The position numbers and the translations under genes were made by a program. The notes under the pieces were generated by a model that worked only from the letters and a program-made list of their open reading frames with translations, was not told the DNA's origin and did no database searches. A stretch of DNA of 32,000 nucleotides from Pyrobaculum calidifontis JCM 11548 (GTDB lineage Archaea; Thermoproteota; Thermoprotei; Thermoproteales; Thermoproteaceae): NCBI RefSeq assembly GCF_000015805.1, contig NC_009073.1, positions 1,650,001 to 1,682,000 on the forward strand, read 5' to 3'. Positions 24,203-32,000 of the stretch are shown here, in pieces. Within the stretch, counting starts at the first letter, position 1. Each line of letters begins with the position of its first letter.

Positions 24203-25400
24203 CCAAGATTTTCAGCACAAGGCCGTGGCTCACCGGCTCGTCCGCGGCTAGCCTTTTCCCAGTCCTAACGTCGATGGCGGCTATAAACCTCTCGCCCAGC
24301 TCCGTGTGGATTGCATAGGCCACGTCTCTGGCTGTGTAGCTGTGTGGAACTAGGAGGAGGTCCGGGAGCACGTTGCCCGCCTTGTCGCTCATCCTCCTCT
24401 CGTCTTCCACGGGGTAGACGGCCACGTATTTGAGCGCGTTGAAAACTGCTGCGTTTATTGCCTGCACAACGCCGGTGCCGCCCCACTTCTTCATGACTTC
24501 TGCAATTTTCTCAAGGGCGGCCCTCTGCTGAGGCGTCAACGTCCCGACTACCTCGAAGTGGGGGTCGCCCGGCTTATATTTCACAAGGCCGCGCTCCGCG
24601 GCCTTTCGCAGGGCCAACTCAGCCTCGGCGGAGGCCGGGACTATTATGCGGTTTAGGTAAACCTCTCTCAACCTCTTGTACCCCTCCTCCCCCTCTGGGA
24701 GGTCCACCTTGTTAGCCACAATTACTATGGGCTTGCTCAGGGAGCGGGCGAGGCGGCTGAAGTTGTAGAAGTCCTCCTCGGCCCACTTGCTAGGCGGCTT
24801 TTTGGCCAAACCGGCCCCCTCCAGCGCCTTCTCCACTTCCACGCGTCCAATGCCCAGGCCGCCCAACCTCTCCGACAAGACCTCCGCTATGTTCTTCTTG
24901 CTGAATTCCACAAGTCTCACAGTCTTGTCCCAATCCCTCTTGACGATAGAGGCGATCCACATGTCGACCTCCCTCTCTAGAAACTCCACGTCTCTGACTG
25001 GGTCGTGGCTCCCAGGCTTAACTACTCTGCCCTCCTCATCGGTGGAGCCTGAGGCGTCTACTATGTGTAAGAGCACGGGGGCCCTCCTCAAGTGGTCTAA
25101 AAACTGGTTTCCAAGCCCCCTGCCCTGCCAAGCGCCCGGAACCAGGCCTGCGACGTCTATGAGCTCTACAGGGGCGTAGCACACGCCGTCGATGACCATG
25201 TAGCTCCTCGGGTTGCACTTGATTTTTGCACAGGGACAGTCGTCGACGCGCGCGTAGCCGATGCCCACGTTGGGGTCGATAGTGGTAAAGGGCACAGGCG
25301 AGATTTTGACGTCTTTCAGAGTCGCCGCGGCGAAGAACGTCGACTTGCCAGCGTTTGGCTTTCCCACGATTCCCACTTGAACGCGTGTCTGCGTGACCAC
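24195..25400 (-). CDS. Obg-like GTPase (YchF/Ygr210-related) with C-terminal TGS domain
   Basis: G1 motif GKPNAGKST, G3 motif DVAGLV and G4 motif NKVD. The C-terminus is TGS-like (ARDVAYAIHTELGERFIAAIDVRTGKRL). The true start may be the in-frame GTG at 25376, because the only TATA-like box (25403-25410) is just 3-10 nt from GTG 25400. Confidence 0.85.
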   Translation of the reverse strand: MVTQTRVQVGIVGKPNAGKSTFFAAATLKDVKISPVPFTTIDPNVGIGYARVDDCPCAKIKCNPRSYMVIDGVCYAPVELIDVAGLVPGAWQGRGLGNQFLDHLRRAPVLLHIVDASGSTDEEGRVVKPGSHDPVRDVEFLEREVDMWIASIVKRDWDKTVRLVEFSKKNIAEVLSERLGGLGIGRVEVEKALEGAGLAKKPPSKWAEEDFYNFSRLARSLSKPIVIVANKVDLPEGEEGYKRLREVYLNRIIVPASAEAELALRKAAERGLVKYKPGDPHFEVVGTLTPQQRAALEKIAEVMKKWGGTGVVQAINAAVFNALKYVAVYPVEDERRMSDKAGNVLPDLLLVPHSYTARDVAYAIHTELGERFIAAIDVRTGKRLAADEPVSHGLVLKILAK

Positions 25401-25402
25401 GT

Positions 25403-25410
25403 ATTAAATA
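25403..25410. promoter_or_regulatory. Single near-palindromic TATA-like box between divergent genes
   Basis: ATTAAATA/TATTTAAT is centred about 23 nt from ATG 25429 on the + strand and about 30 nt from GTG 25376 on the minus strand. Confidence 0.4.
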
Positions 25411-25428
25411 CTCGACTTGTTTTTAACC

Positions 25429-26634
25429 ATGAGGCGCCTCGTAGCTCTGTTGTTGATAGCGGCTATATTCGTGGCCAGTCCGCCGCTGGGCGTCGCCGCG
25501 GCGCTTCTGTACTTAGTGCGGAGGCACGTGGCCGTCTACGCAGTTCTGTGGATCCGCTACGCCAAATGCGACGTGTTGACCGCGTCAGCATCGCTTCTCG
25601 CCTTAGCTCTGTCCCTAACCGCGGCAGGCACTGCAAAGATTCCACTGGCGGCGCTGTCGCTGGCCTCTGCGTATTTAACTCCGCTCAAGCCGGGGGTATC
25701 GCGTTTGTTGTCCACGGCGGCCATCGCTTTGTCGCTTATACGCCCTGGGCTCCTAGCGCTTGCCGTGGGCGTGCCTGCGGCGGCGTACTTCGCCTATAGA
25801 GTAGAGGCCTGCGGCTTCATATGCCAAAAGGCTGACGTGAGGGGGCTCGACGAGGTGGGCTTCGTGCCCTCCCTTGGCGTTGCCTGTTTTTTCGTGAGAG
25901 GAGGCCGCGGCGTCGGCAACGTGTACATACGGTTGGGGAGCCTCTACGGGCACTGCCAGCACGTGTTCTGCACCGCGCTGAGCAGAGAGGAATTCGGCAG
26001 GCGCGTAGGCCCCTTCTACCGCTACCTCCCCCCGCCGCCTCGCGAGGCCTTTGACGGAGTCATCCGCGCCTCGGCCAGCCCGCGTGCGTTGGTGAATGCG
26101 CTAAGGCGGTATTTCAGCGACATTGTGGTAGTTATGGAGTCAGACGACGTGCCTAAGGCGCGGCTAATCTCGCTTTCAAGAGTGGACCCAGCCGCCGCGG
26201 CGGCAGTATTAGAGGCAGTATTCGAGCTAGACGCTGGCGACGCCGCGTTGCTAAAGGAGCTTTTAACGCGTGGCAGAGACGAAGTGGCGAGCTGGACTCT
26301 CCGCCATCCGTGGCTTCTCGCCGTGCTAGAGCTCTGGGAAGGCGGGGAGGAACCTAGGGGGGCGGTGGCGAGCTCGCTCAGGGGGAGACTGGGCGTAGCC
26401 GACTCGCTGGTATATGCGTATGTGAGAAAAATCCCCATTGTCACAGACAGAGAGGAGGTGGCCGCCTATGCAAAACGCTTAGGTATTACCACGTTTCTCA
26501 TAACGGACAAGCTCTACGGAGACTTCCTCGTTGTGGGTCCCAGGACCGTGGAGACTAGTTTTGGGACATTTGACGTAGAACATGGGATACTGCTGGCGCA
26601 TCTCGGGGGAGAGTTTTATGCAGATGAAATTTAA
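25429..26634 (+). CDS. Hypothetical protein with an N-terminal membrane region and an unknown soluble domain
   Basis: I prefer ATG 25429 (MRRLVALLLIAAIF...) to the TTG at 25417. It has about 4-5 hydrophobic segments followed by a roughly 250-aa unrecognised domain. Confidence 0.55.
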   Translation: MRRLVALLLIAAIFVASPPLGVAAALLYLVRRHVAVYAVLWIRYAKCDVLTASASLLALALSLTAAGTAKIPLAALSLASAYLTPLKPGVSRLLSTAAIALSLIRPGLLALAVGVPAAAYFAYRVEACGFICQKADVRGLDEVGFVPSLGVACFFVRGGRGVGNVYIRLGSLYGHCQHVFCTALSREEFGRRVGPFYRYLPPPPREAFDGVIRASASPRALVNALRRYFSDIVVVMESDDVPKARLISLSRVDPAAAAAVLEAVFELDAGDAALLKELLTRGRDEVASWTLRHPWLLAVLELWEGGEEPRGAVASSLRGRLGVADSLVYAYVRKIPIVTDREEVAAYAKRLGITTFLITDKLYGDFLVVGPRTVETSFGTFDVEHGILLAHLGGEFYADEI

Positions 26635-26657
26635 TAAGGAGGAGCGTTTTATAACAT

Positions 26658-28625
26658 GTGTTAACTAGGGAGGAGTTGGAAAAACTTGCCGAGAAGAGGG
26701 TCCCTCAGTTTGTTAGAGATGTTGTGGAACACCCGCCGTTTAGAGTTACTGTGAACACCACGCTTGAGACGCTTGCAGCGTATCTAAGGAAATTCCCCGT
26801 GGACGTGGTCCCGGTGTTCAAGTCCGTGTTCTCCGACGAGGTCGCAGGGGTTGTGTATCCACACACGGCGCTTCTTCTTAAGAGCAAGAAGCTCGACGCC
26901 AAGGTGGGGGAGTTTTTGAATCAGCCGCTTGTGGTTAAGGAGAGCTGGAGAATTGAGAACGTGGCCGAGATGTTGATAAGCGAGAGCAAGTGGGGCGCCG
27001 TCGTAGTAGACGAAGAGGGGAAGTTCGTGGGCGTGGTGTCGCTGAGAGGCCTACTCTCAGCCTTACTTCTGAGGGAGCCGAAGGCCAAGTCCGTCGCCGC
27101 GGTATACACGTCGATCGACGAGAAAAAGCCGAGAGTAGGCTTTGTTAAAGCGATAGAGAAGGTGTCTAAGATCTTCCACAAGCTTGTGGGCGGGGAAGTG
27201 GACGGCTATGTGGTGTTGAACAGGGAGGGGGGAGCCGCTGGAATATTGACGGTGTGGAATTTCTTGAAGAGTCGGAGGTGGTTTAGGGGATCTGGGGAGC
27301 CGCGCGCCATCTTTGGCACGCGGGTTACGAGGGGCGAGAGCAAGCCCAGGGGGGTGGCCAGAGTCTGGAGAATTATGTCCAGGGGGGTCGCCGTGGCGAA
27401 CCCCGATACTCCCATCACCGACGTGGCCAGGTACATGGCCACCTTCGGAATATACGTAGTGCCCGTCGTAGATAGAAATGGCAAAGTCATAGGCGCGGTC
27501 ACCGCGTGGGACGTCCTCCACGCGTACCTATACGGCCCCAAGGAGGGGCGCGAAGACGTAGAGGTGAAGACAGCTGTGGAAGTCCCCGTGAGTAAGCCAA
27601 GCATGGAGGCCGTCATTAGGTTAAAGCCTGTGAAACACGTGACTGGGCTTAGGGCGCGCGACGTCATGTTGAGCGACGTGCCGATGGTAAACGTGAGAGA
27701 CCCCCTGTCGAGTATTAGGAAGGCGTTCCTAAGGTCGAAGAGCGGGATCCTCGCGGTAGTGGACGACAGCGGGAAAGTGGTTGGGTTTATAACTAGGAGA
27801 GACTTTATGTCGTACATCGCAGAGAAGTCCTTGGGGTACTGGAGGAGGCAGAAGGGAAAACTCCTAGTTCTCAGGGAAGAGGCTCTGCCAGGCGAGCAGG
27901 CCAAGTTGGCGGTTGAGGAGGGCACAGCTGGCGACTTGGCCAAGTCTGAGTACCCCACGGTTTCTGAGAGCGCGACGCTGGAGGAGGTGGCGTATAAGAT
28001 GTTGGCCGCTGGGACAGACTACGTAGTTGTTATAGATAGCGCTGGGCAGCCCATCGGCGTTGTTACAAAAGACGAGCTAGTAAAGGCTTATAAGGAGCGT
28101 GGGAGAAGCGTCAAGGTAGGGGAGCTCATGACACCCGCCGACGTGGCGGCGGTAAACCCATTCTCAAGCCTCATGTCAACAACTAGGAAGATAAACGCCT
28201 TTGAGCTCGACGGAGTTGTAGTCGTCGAAGGCGGCAACATAATGGGGGTAGTCACGGTGGACGACTTGGCCTTGAGGCCCGTGGAGGAGACTTTGAGAGG
28301 AGAGAGGGTAGTGTATTTCACAAAGTCGGGAGTTCTGCGAAAAGCAACAACCGGCCTGTCTAGGCTTAGGTACTCTAAGGTGGGCACCTTAACCGCGCTC
28401 GACGTGTCTAGGCCAGTGGATCACGTCGCCAATGTCAATGCAGATGTGAAAGAGGTCCTCGACAAACTCGTGGAGCAGGGCGTTGTCCCAGTGGTAGACG
28501 AGCAAGGCCGGCTAGTCGGCGTGTTGAATAAGATGGACATAGTGAAAGACTTGGCCAGGGTGTATGTGACATACGCGATGCCCGAGAAGCTGGCCGAAGT
28601 CAAGCAAGTAGAGGAGCGGGCCTAG
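26658..28625 (+). CDS. Protein made almost entirely of CBS domains (eight CBS repeats, four Bateman pairs)
   Basis: Eight recurring CBS hallmark strings: VVPVFKS...VAGVVY, GAVVVDEEGKFVGVVSLRGLL, GYVVLNREGGAAGILTVWNFL, VVPVVDRNGKVIGAVTAWDVL, ILAVVDDSGKVVGFITRRDFM, YVVVIDSAGQPIGVVTKDELV, GVVVVEGGNIMGVVTVDDL and VVPVVDEQGRLVGVLNKMDIV. Confidence 0.8.
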   Translation: MLTREELEKLAEKRVPQFVRDVVEHPPFRVTVNTTLETLAAYLRKFPVDVVPVFKSVFSDEVAGVVYPHTALLLKSKKLDAKVGEFLNQPLVVKESWRIENVAEMLISESKWGAVVVDEEGKFVGVVSLRGLLSALLLREPKAKSVAAVYTSIDEKKPRVGFVKAIEKVSKIFHKLVGGEVDGYVVLNREGGAAGILTVWNFLKSRRWFRGSGEPRAIFGTRVTRGESKPRGVARVWRIMSRGVAVANPDTPITDVARYMATFGIYVVPVVDRNGKVIGAVTAWDVLHAYLYGPKEGREDVEVKTAVEVPVSKPSMEAVIRLKPVKHVTGLRARDVMLSDVPMVNVRDPLSSIRKAFLRSKSGILAVVDDSGKVVGFITRRDFMSYIAEKSLGYWRRQKGKLLVLREEALPGEQAKLAVEEGTAGDLAKSEYPTVSESATLEEVAYKMLAAGTDYVVVIDSAGQPIGVVTKDELVKAYKERGRSVKVGELMTPADVAAVNPFSSLMSTTRKINAFELDGVVVVEGGNIMGVVTVDDLALRPVEETLRGERVVYFTKSGVLRKATTGLSRLRYSKVGTLTALDVSRPVDHVANVNADVKEVLDKLVEQGVVPVVDEQGRLVGVLNKMDIVKDLARVYVTYAMPEKLAEVKQVEERA

Positions 28626-28626
28626 A

Positions 28627-28637
28627 TTTTTATATCC
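28627..28637 (+). promoter_or_regulatory. TATA-like box for cdc48
   Basis: TTTTATATCCA is centred about 23 nt upstream of ATG 28654. Confidence 0.45.
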
Positions 28638-28653
28638 ATAGGTGGACCGAGTC

Positions 28654-30864
28654 ATGTCTAGCGAGGTCATTCTAAAGGTAGCTGAGGCTAGGTCACGCGA
28701 CGTTGGCCGAAGCATTGTGAGACTCCCCGTGAGAATAATGAGGAAGCTGGGGGTAGAGCCCGGGGACTACGTGGAGGTTATTGGGAGGAAGTCGGCCTAT
28801 GCGCAAGTGTGGCCCGCCTACCCCGAGGACGAGGATAAGGAGATTATACGCATGGACGGCATCATTAGGCAAAACGCAGGCGTTGGCATAGGCGACACGG
28901 TGAAGGTGCGTAAGGTGCAGTTAAAGCCAGCCCAGAGGGTCGTCCTAGCGCCAACAGAGCCTGTGAGAGTAGACCCCGAGTACCTAAAGAAGCAAGTGCT
29001 ACTTGGGAAACCAATAGCGCGGGGCCAAGCCATCGATGTGCCCTTCTACGGCGGTGCCATAAGATTTGTAGTTGTGCAGGTACAGCCGGGGCCAGCCGCT
29101 TACGTCTCCATAGACACAGAGGTTACGGTGAGAGAGGAGCCTGTAAAAGAGGCCGAGCTCACAATACCCAAGGTCACTTGGGAGGATATTGGTGATTTGG
29201 AGGATGCTAAGCAGAAGATTAGGGAGCTTGTGGAGCTTCCTCTTCGGCATCCTGAGCTTTTTAAGCACTTGGGGATTGAGCCGCCTAAGGGCATTCTGCT
29301 GATTGGGCCTCCTGGCACTGGGAAGACGCTTTTGGCCAAGGCCGTGGCCAACGAGGCTAACGCCTACTTCGTGGCCATTAACGGGCCTGAGATTATGTCC
29401 AAATACTACGGCGAGTCTGAGGCTAGGCTGAGAGAGATCTTCGAAGAGGCTAAGAAGAACGCCCCCGCAATCATCTTCATAGACGAGATCGACGCCATAG
29501 CGCCCAAGAGAGAGGAGGTGACCGGCGAAGTGGAGAAGAGAGTAGTGGCACAGCTCCTCACCCTAATGGACGGACTACAAGAAAGAGGACAGGTAATAGT
29601 CATAGGAGCCACAAACCGCCCAGACGCAGTAGACCCAGCGTTGAGAAGACCGGGAAGATTCGACAGAGAGATCCACATACCTATGCCGGACAAGAGGGCT
29701 AGGAGGGAGATATTGGCGGTGCACACTAGGAATATGCCTCTCTGTACCAAGGCCGATGTAGAAAGCGGCGTGTGCAAGCCCGGCGACGAGGTGGATTTAG
29801 ATAAAATAGCCGAGATGACGCACGGCTACACTGGCGCAGATATAGCGGCGTTGGCAAAGGAGGCGGCCATGAGCGCGTTGAGGAGGGCTATTGAAAACCG
29901 CTTGATAAACGTGGACCAAGACGTAATTCCACAGGAGACGCTCAGCAAGCTGAAGGTGGGAATGTCGGACTTCTTAAACGCCATGAAGTACGTGCACCCG
30001 ACGGTGCTGAGAGAGGTGATAATCGAAGTGCCAGAGGTCCACTGGGACGACATAGGGGGATACGACTCAATTAAGCAGGAGCTCAGGGAGATAGTGGAGT
30101 GGCCCATGAAGTATAGACACTACTTCGACGAGCTGGGCGTAGAGCCCCCCAAGGGCATACTGTTGTTCGGCCCACCCGGCGTTGGAAAAACCCTATTCGC
30201 CAAGGCGGTGGCTACCGAGTCTGGGGCCAACTTCATAGCGGTGAGGGGGCCAGAGCTGTTGTCCAAGTGGGTCGGCGAGTCGGAGAAGGCCGTCCGCGAG
30301 GTGTTTAAAAAGGCCAGGATGGCCGCGCCTTGCGTCATCTTCTTCGACGAGATAGACTCAATAGCGCCTGCCAGAGGCACGCGCCTCGGCGACTCTGGCG
30401 TGACGGACAGGATCGTAAACCAGCTCCTCGCCGAGATGGACGGCATAGGCACTCTGAAAAACGTGGTAGTCATGGCGGCCACCAATAGGCCCGACATATT
30501 AGACCCCGCGTTGCTGAGGCCCGGCAGATTTGACAGAGTGATATACGTCCCGCCGCCCGACTTCAAGGCCAGGGTAGAGATCTTCAAGGTTCACACGAAG
30601 AAGATAAAGCTGGCCGACGACGTCAACATAGAGGAGCTCGCCAAGAGGACTGAGGGCTACACTGGCGCAGACATAGCGGCGTTAGTGAGAGAGGCGGCCA
30701 TGCTCGCCCTCCGGGAAGTCATCAGAGAGGGCAAAGTGAAGCCCGTCTCAATGAGGCACTTTGAGGAGGCCCTAAAGCGGGTGCCGCCGTCTCTCACACC
30801 TGAGGACATAAGGCGGTACGAGGAAATGGCAAAGAGAGTTAGGAGAACAATCGCCGGCCTCTAG
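28654..30864 (+). CDS. cdc48: CDC48/VCP-type AAA+ ATPase (two AAA modules)
   Basis: It has an N-domain and two Walker A motifs ([15 protein letters not shown] and [15 protein letters not shown]). The Walker B motifs are IIFIDEID and VIFFDEID, and both modules have SRH regions. I prefer ATG 28654 to GTG 28642 on TATA spacing. Confidence 0.95.
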   Translation: MSSEVILKVAEARSRDVGRSIVRLPVRIMRKLGVEPGDYVEVIGRKSAYAQVWPAYPEDEDKEIIRMDGIIRQNAGVGIGDTVKVRKVQLKPAQRVVLAPTEPVRVDPEYLKKQVLLGKPIARGQAIDVPFYGGAIRFVVVQVQPGPAAYVSIDTEVTVREEPVKEAELTIPKVTWEDIGDLEDAKQKIRELVELPLRHPELFKHLGIEPPKGILLIGPPGTGKTLLAKAVANEANAYFVAINGPEIMSKYYGESEARLREIFEEAKKNAPAIIFIDEIDAIAPKREEVTGEVEKRVVAQLLTLMDGLQERGQVIVIGATNRPDAVDPALRRPGRFDREIHIPMPDKRARREILAVHTRNMPLCTKADVESGVCKPGDEVDLDKIAEMTHGYTGADIAALAKEAAMSALRRAIENRLINVDQDVIPQETLSKLKVGMSDFLNAMKYVHPTVLREVIIEVPEVHWDDIGGYDSIKQELREIVEWPMKYRHYFDELGVEPPKGILLFGPPGVGKTLFAKAVATESGANFIAVRGPELLSKWVGESEKAVREVFKKARMAAPCVIFFDEIDSIAPARGTRLGDSGVTDRIVNQLLAEMDGIGTLKNVVVMAATNRPDILDPALLRPGRFDRVIYVPPPDFKARVEIFKVHTKKIKLADDVNIEELAKRTEGYTGADIAALVREAAMLALREVIREGKVKPVSMRHFEEALKRVPPSLTPEDIRRYEEMAKRVRRTIAGL

Positions 30865-30898
30865 AGTAAGTTTAAATAGGGACATCTAACTCGTCCAC

Positions 30899-31429
30899 AT
30901 GTCAATTTTCGACGAGTTTGAGAGATTTATGAGGAGGTGGCAGAAGTTCTTCGAGGAAATAGAGAGACAGATTGAGGAAGACTTCCGGAGGCTTACAGCG
31001 GAGCCGGCCACAAGGGGCGCGGGGAGGCCTAGGTACTACTACTACGGCTTTGAAATTACGATGGGCCCCGATGGGAGGCCCGTGGTAAGAGAATTTGGGA
31101 ACGTCAGGAGGAGAGCCGACGCCGAGAAGATAGAGGTTGTAGACGAGATAGACCCCCTCACCGACATAGTTGAGGAAGACGACAAGATAAAAGTGGTGGT
31201 CGACATGCCCGGCGTGGAGAAGGAGGACATAAAGCTGTACATAAGCGAAGACGGGAAAACGCTAACCATAGACGCGAAAGGCAAAGACAGGAAGTACCAC
31301 AAGGAGATTAGGCTACCCGCCGCAGTTGACCCCAACAAGGCAAAAGCCACCTATAAAAACGGCGTGCTGTCCGTGGAGCTGGAGAAGACCGAGAAGAGAA
31401 AAAAGGGATTTGAGATTAAGATAGAGTAG
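30899..31429 (+). CDS. Small heat-shock protein (Hsp20/alpha-crystallin family)
   Basis: Alpha-crystallin domain: DIVEEDDKIKVVVDMPGVEKEDIKLYISEDGKTLTIDAK...YHKEIRLPAAVDPNKAKATYKNGVLSVELEK. Confidence 0.9.
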   Translation: MSIFDEFERFMRRWQKFFEEIERQIEEDFRRLTAEPATRGAGRPRYYYYGFEITMGPDGRPVVREFGNVRRRADAEKIEVVDEIDPLTDIVEEDDKIKVVVDMPGVEKEDIKLYISEDGKTLTIDAKGKDRKYHKEIRLPAAVDPNKAKATYKNGVLSVELEKTEKRKKGFEIKIE

Positions 31430-31871
31430 AAAGCTCCTTAAGCAAGTTCTCAATTTTTTGTTTAACCTCGGCGAATTTTTCCTCGCACTCCTTTACCCTC
31501 TTCTCCACCTCCGTGTGTGGCACAAACCACTCGATCTTTGGCTCGCCGAAGATTAGCCTGCCCCCCTCGACGCTGGCCTCCACAGATATGCGGACAATGT
31601 CGAGCTTGCCCACCCCCATGGAGACGAGGCGCTCGTAGATCTTCTTATTGAGCTCAGAAGTGGCTCTCACAATCTCCTCCTTGGGAACAACGCCGCCGAA
31701 TACCGCGAAGGCAGTCCTCCTAAGCTTGTCGGCGAACCTCGCCGCTATGACCACGCCCGTCCTAATCTCGTACCTATTGGGGGCCTTTAAGAGGTGGCCG
31801 CCGTACAGCTCCACGCTCTCCTGAGCCTTCTCAATGTCACGCTGTACGTTCTCTTCGAGCTTCCACGCCAT
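31416..31871 (-). CDS. Conserved-looking hypothetical protein (151 aa)
   Basis: Clean ORF convergent with hsp20, with a 14-nt overlap of the 3' ends. It has a C-terminal coiled coil. The family is not recognised with confidence. Confidence 0.5.
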   Translation of the reverse strand: MAWKLEENVQRDIEKAQESVELYGGHLLKAPNRYEIRTGVVIAARFADKLRRTAFAVFGGVVPKEEIVRATSELNKKIYERLVSMGVGKLDIVRISVEASVEGGRLIFGEPKIEWFVPHTEVEKRVKECEEKFAEVKQKIENLLKELSTLS

Positions 31872-31910
31872 GTCAAATAGTACAAGTTATTTATAATAGT
31901 TACTTAGGCC

Positions 31911-32000
31911 GTGGACCTAATAATTAAGACAAGGAGAGGATTTGAGAAACTGGCGGCGTCATACATAAAAGAGCTGGTAGGCGAGGGTGCTGAGGTGTTG
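31911..32000 (+). CDS. 5' end of an ORF running off the window (partial)
   Basis: GTG 31911 opens a frame (VDLIIKTRRGFEKLAASYIKELVGEGAEVL...) that stays open to the window edge. TTTATAAT lies about 18 nt upstream. Confidence 0.3.
   Translation, partial: MDLIIKTRRGFEKLAASYIKELVGEGAEVL

Noticed and set aside
27206-27958. Long antisense ORFs inside well-supported genes. Examples are 27206..27958(-) in the CBS gene, 15311..15826(-) in nrdJ, 30120..30587(-) in cdc48, 671..1171(+) in the NFACT gene and 13742..14194(-).
   Set aside because: These are typical shadow ORFs of GC-rich coding DNA. Their composition is Ser/Thr/Pro/Leu-rich and low-complexity, they have no motifs, and they are fully nested opposite strongly supported genes.

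Overview
The window looks like chromosomal DNA from a Thermoproteales-type crenarchaeon such as Pyrobaculum or Thermoproteus. This is inferred from four things: archaeal housekeeping proteins, GC-rich coding with shadow ORFs on the opposite strand, A/T-rich TATA-like boxes about 22-27 nt upstream of many start codons (leaderless architecture), and a CRISPR repeat whose reverse complement ends in ATTGAAAG. About 85% of the window is ordinary core genes. These include an NFACT/Rqc2 homolog, endonuclease IV, TruD, uL14, AhcY, a KaiC-like ATPase, class II RNR, SerRS, archaeal UMP kinase, a HIT protein, an Obg-like GTPase, an eight-repeat CBS protein, CDC48 and Hsp20. Two small accessory islets break this up. 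Islet 1 (about 12.82-13.46 kb) holds a C/D-box sRNA candidate and the 3' remnant of an IS605/IS1341-type tnpB. Islet 2 (about 17.34-20.27 kb) holds an internally deleted tnpB, a Cys-rich membrane protein, an orphan 5-repeat CRISPR mini-array with its leader, and about 0.9 kb of decayed or non-coding DNA. The most interesting signal is a non-coding module of about 245 nt that both tnpB remnants retain in the same orientation. It folds into the same four-helix architecture in both copies. One stem shows a compensatory G:C to C:G swap, and a TATA-like box lies about 26 nt upstream of the first helix on the tnpB strand. This suggests an omega-RNA-like RNA that may be independently transcribed and has outlived its nuclease gene. 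Three C/D-box sRNA candidates and a nested GC hairpin after pyrH are also reported. No cas genes, tRNAs or rRNAs were seen. All calls rest on motif recognition by eye; no database search was possible.
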